Of a DNA stretch of 64,000 nt, positions 63,674-64,000 are shown piece by piece. This DNA is from an uncultured delta proteobacterium (GTDB lineage Bacteria; Desulfobacterota; Binatia; Bin18): assembly GCA_963733195.1 (NCBI GenBank), contig CAVTCR010000056.1, forward strand, positions 32,001 to 96,000. Reading direction: 5' to 3'. The position numbers and the translations under genes are program-made. Positions within the stretch are counted from its first letter, which is position 1, and every line of letters begins with the position of its first letter. The notes beneath the pieces were generated by a model. It had not been told where the DNA came from and did not search any database. It saw only the letters and a list, made by a program, of their open reading frames with translations.

Positions 63674-64000
63674 TTAAAGGAGAGATTGACACGATTCGAA
63701 AAATGAGTGTTGCGGCCGGTCGTCCAGCTAATGCAGTGGCAATTCGCTCTCCTGGAACGACAACAGTGACGAAGAACATCGACAAAGTACGAGCTGAGTC
63801 GGCGGGAACGTTAGCATTTTACATTGGCCGCATGGGCACGTTTTACGCAGAGCAACTCACACGGCATGGATACGGTGAAGCGGTACAAGCTGTGAAGAAA
63901 GGATGGGAAGCGAACTCACGTGTCGCTGTTGAAGCTGTCCCGGCCAATCTGATCGACGCGACTAGCTGTGCAGGCACGGTTGAAGCTTGCATCGATCGCC

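Larger units (their letters stand above)
61707..64000 (+). pseudogene. LLM class (F420-type) oxidoreductase interrupted by ISAzo13; runs off window end
   Basis: WVPEAWGRDA, LGLGTSGPQVIE-type motif; IS removal restores PKLKGEIDTIRK. Confidence 0.88.

Noticed and set aside
1-64000. CRISPR array / cas genes
   Set aside because: No regularly spaced 25-45 bp repeats with unique spacers; the repeats present are REPs, heptamer patches, attC sites and att duplications.

Overview
A 64 kb chromosomal window of about mid-50s % GC. Its gene content (LLM/F420-type oxidoreductases, family III CoA-transferases, amidohydrolase, P450, two large adenylate cyclase-AAA ATPase-TPR genes) resembles Candidatus Binatia/Binatota; this taxonomy is inference. 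Many genes carry single-base frameshifts, which suggests an imperfectly polished long-read assembly, so pseudogene calls are uncertain. The backbone is catabolic and housekeeping. The accessory content is as follows. (1) Two integron-type cassette clusters with no integrase in the window, at about 38.1-40.0 kb and 47.2-51.8 kb; cassette ends can be mapped by extended R'/R'' complementarity. They carry an uncharacterised two-gene cassette (341 aa HRxxxxGHD protein plus TM/coiled-coil protein), a YaaW+HNH cassette, a TM-Zn-HNH cassette and toxin-antitoxin (TA) pairs; the non-TA cassettes are candidate anti-phage modules. (2) An ORF-less, internally deleted group IIC-attC intron inside one attC. 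(3) A 720 bp tRNA-Leu-anchored islet containing only a TA pair between 38 bp direct repeats. (4) Three cleanly bounded IS insertions (IS630, an IS982/IS5-like DDE element, ISAzo13) plus a decayed IS701-like remnant. (5) Abundant GTAG-type REP palindromes and heptamer-like tandem repeats, some inside the cyclase coding sequences. No CRISPR array, rRNA or prophage was seen.
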